Assembly: GCA_030390025.1 (NCBI GenBank)
Contig: CM059432.1
Span: forward strand, 9,424,001 to 9,488,000
Source of the DNA: Squalus acanthias
Lineage: Eukaryota
Length of the DNA: 64,000 bases
Direction: 5' to 3'
Made by a program: the position numbers and the translations under genes
Notes under the pieces: model-generated
Database searches by the model: none
Told to the model about the DNA's origin: nothing
Seen by the model: the letters and a program-made list of their open reading frames with translations, nothing else
Shown: piece by piece, positions 61,753-64,000 of the stretch
How the letters are laid out: the number at the start of each line of letters is the position of its first letter
How positions within the stretch are numbered: position 1 is the first letter of the stretch

Positions 61753-61948
61753 TCATTTAGTTCACTGTTGTTTGTGGGAGCTTGCTGTGCGCAAATTGGC
61801 TGCCACGTTTCCCACATTACAGCAGTGTCTGCACTTCAAAAGTACTTCATTGGCTGTAAAGCGCTTTGGAACATCCTGAGGTTGTGAAAGGCGCTATATA
61901 AATGCAAGTCTTTCTTTCTTTAAAGAATCTCTAATGGAAATCACTTAC

Positions 61949-62085
61949 GGCTTTCCATCGCTAAAACTGTAATGTTGTGCTCTGCATTTGTTTCTCTGTC
62001 CAGCGATTTGGCGATTGTAATGACTCCGGTGTAAGCGTCAATGTTAAAGTATCGTTCCAGATCTGTGTTGCGATCTATAGAATAT
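61949..62085 (-). CDS. cdh7: Cadherin-7 coding exon (extracellular cadherin repeat; first exon visible in the window, upstream exons lie beyond 64000)
   Basis: Minus strand tccag|A TAT TCT...AGC C|gtaagt; 137 bp; (R)YSIDRNTDLERYFNIDAYTGVITIAKSLDRETNAEHNITVLAMES(Q) contains the LDRE cadherin motif. Not in the ORF track. Confidence 0.95.
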
Positions 62086-63202
62086 CTGGATGGAAAAATG
62101 TAAAATGACAGTTAGTTTTACATTCCTCAATTGTTTCAGTTAATTCAAAGAAGCTAATTCAAAGCCCGTTGTCTATCAGTGTTGGCCACAAAAACAGAAC
62201 GTGCTGGAAGCATGCAGCAGGAAGTTGAACACAAGAAGGTGTGGAATGCGATCAAAGCCATTTAGCCTGCCACTCCCCTCCCCTCCCCTATCAGGGACTC
62301 TAACACACCGATTAAACCTCCCGAGGGAAAGTGCTGCAGCGGTAATCCCTGATTCCCAAAGGCTGTCGAGCAATATCAGAATATTGATCGATCCGGTCAT
62401 CTCCACTATCTAACCTGCCCTCCAAACAAAGAATCCCCCCCAACTCGCTGCTCCCAGTAGCACAGAGACCGTGGCGTCCCATGGAGTATTTGATCATCTC
62501 AGTCTATTCTTATAACCAGCAATCTCATTCCTATTTAGGAACAAATGGAAAGACTGCAACGCTGCATCTTGGAGCTTTTGCCGGAGTTCTGTGAATATGG
62601 CACCAAAGAGTTGCACAATTACTGGCAGCTACAAGCAACTGGGCGTCCTGTGGTGAGAGGAGATGAGTTAACCTCCAACAAGGACCTACCAGTATTCTTG
62701 GATATCAAGTGGCGCACATGTTTTTTTTTGCGGGGGGGGGAGGGGGTGATGCTGCTCCACTGTATTTGCATTGTGAATCCCAGTTGAAATGCTTTTAACA
62801 GCTGCACAACCATAGGAGGCGGGGGTGGTGGTGGGGCGGGGGATTTTAACTCTCACTGCCCGGCAAAAAGCAAGAGTTAAAACCAGACGGTTACTTTATT
62901 TTTTTGCCTCAACTGTTTTAACATAACGTCACGTTAAAAATGATTCAAAATGCCCCCGGGCTGATTTTTCATTTGTCCCCGCTCTGGAAAAAGAAGGGAA
63001 GCAGAAACTGCCCTTGGGCGTTAGCGCACAACCGGCCGGATGGCACTGGCTGCCCACTGCACACCCCGCTTGATATTCAGCTCCAGTGAAGTCGCAGGGC
63101 TGGGCATATAACGGGCGGATAATGGACAGCCAACATAAGAACATAAGAATTATGGGTGTCCTGGCATAGATTTATCCCTCAACCAAAATCTTTAAAACAG
63201 TA

Positions 63203-63402
63203 TGTGAGAAGTCGCACAACACCAGGTTATAGTCCAAAAGTTTTATTTGAAATCACAAGCTTTCGGAGCGCTGCTCCTTCGTCAGGTGAAGGAGCAGCGC
63301 TCCGAAAGCTTGTGATTTAAAATAAAACTGTTGGACTATAACCTGGTGTTGTACGACTTCTCACATTTGTCCTCCCCAGTCCAACACCGGCATCTCCACA
63401 TC
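63203..63402. mobile_element. Mini Penelope family 1 insertion forming a long palindrome; hammerhead on minus at 63253-63289
   Basis: 15-bp TSD ATCTTTAAAACAGTA at 63188-63202 and 63403-63417; arms of about 78 bp around gtcaggt. Confidence 0.9.
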
Positions 63403-63682
63403 ATCTTTAAAACAGTAGGTGGTCATTGCTGTTTTTGGGAGATTGCTGTGCGCATAGTTGGCTGCATGTATTACAATAGTAACAGCACGTCAATGACTGT
63501 AAAGCGCTTTGGGACATCCTGAGGTCGTGATTTGGCGCCATATCATTCTTTCTTTTCGAATTGCCAGAGATGAGGAGGAATTTCTTCGCTCAGAGGGTTG
63601 TGAATCTTTGGAATTCTCTACCACAAAGGGCTGTGGATGCTGAGTCGTTGAGTATATTCAAGGCTGAGATAGATAGATTCTT

Positions 63683-64000
63683 GGGGGGAAAAATTCAGCT
63701 GCTTGCGCCTCCCGTTAGCGCCTTAAGAGGGCGCTAATGGGGCGTAAAGCAGCTAACGCCCGGGCGCAGCGCCGCCCACGCCTCCCGAAAAATTCAGCGG
63801 GAGGTTAGCGGCGGCGCCAGCCGGTAGCGCCCTGTGGCGCTGCGCCGCCGGCGATGACGTCATCGCCGTGCGCAGCACCCCGCTCACGCTCCAGCCGCGA
63901 TCTTCAGTCGCGCCCCCTGATTTACCGCCAGACGCTATGTCCGACGGGTTCAGGGAGGCGTACGTGCGGCCGGGGCGGCGATATTTAAAGGGGAGGTGGC
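63683..64000. mobile_element. Harbinger-type MITE (cut by window edge), related to the right end of 30235-31054 in reverse
   Basis: GGGGGAAAAATTC start, ttgcgcctcc...ggggcgctaa, repeated TTAGCG/GGCGCTAA motifs. Confidence 0.7.

Overview
Repeat-rich vertebrate genomic DNA, most likely a shark or other cartilaginous fish (inferred from the CR1, Deu-type SINE, Penelope and Harbinger repertoire). The only host gene is the 3' part of cadherin-7 on the minus strand: five coding exons with GT-AG boundaries and matching phases, plus a 3' UTR, at about 37.65-62.1 kb. Most of the rest is mobile DNA: a near full-length CR1 with a tandem 76-bp TATA-containing 5' UTR, two Penelope-like families carrying minimal hammerhead ribozyme motifs (7 copies), many CR1, other LINE and SINE fragments, and several PIF/Harbinger-type and hAT-type MITEs. 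The most unusual structure is a roughly 10.8-kb Harbinger element (18988-29812) with a spliced Myb/SANT gene and a convergent transposase. A roughly 7.5-kb minisatellite built on the element's own subterminal GGCGCTA motif has expanded inside its left end, and both genes seem to begin with ACG rather than ATG. A far more decayed Harbinger transposase relic lies at about 33.2-33.8 kb. Repeat boundaries were read by eye and are approximate unless a TSD or splice site is quoted. Family names rest on recalled motifs, not database searches.
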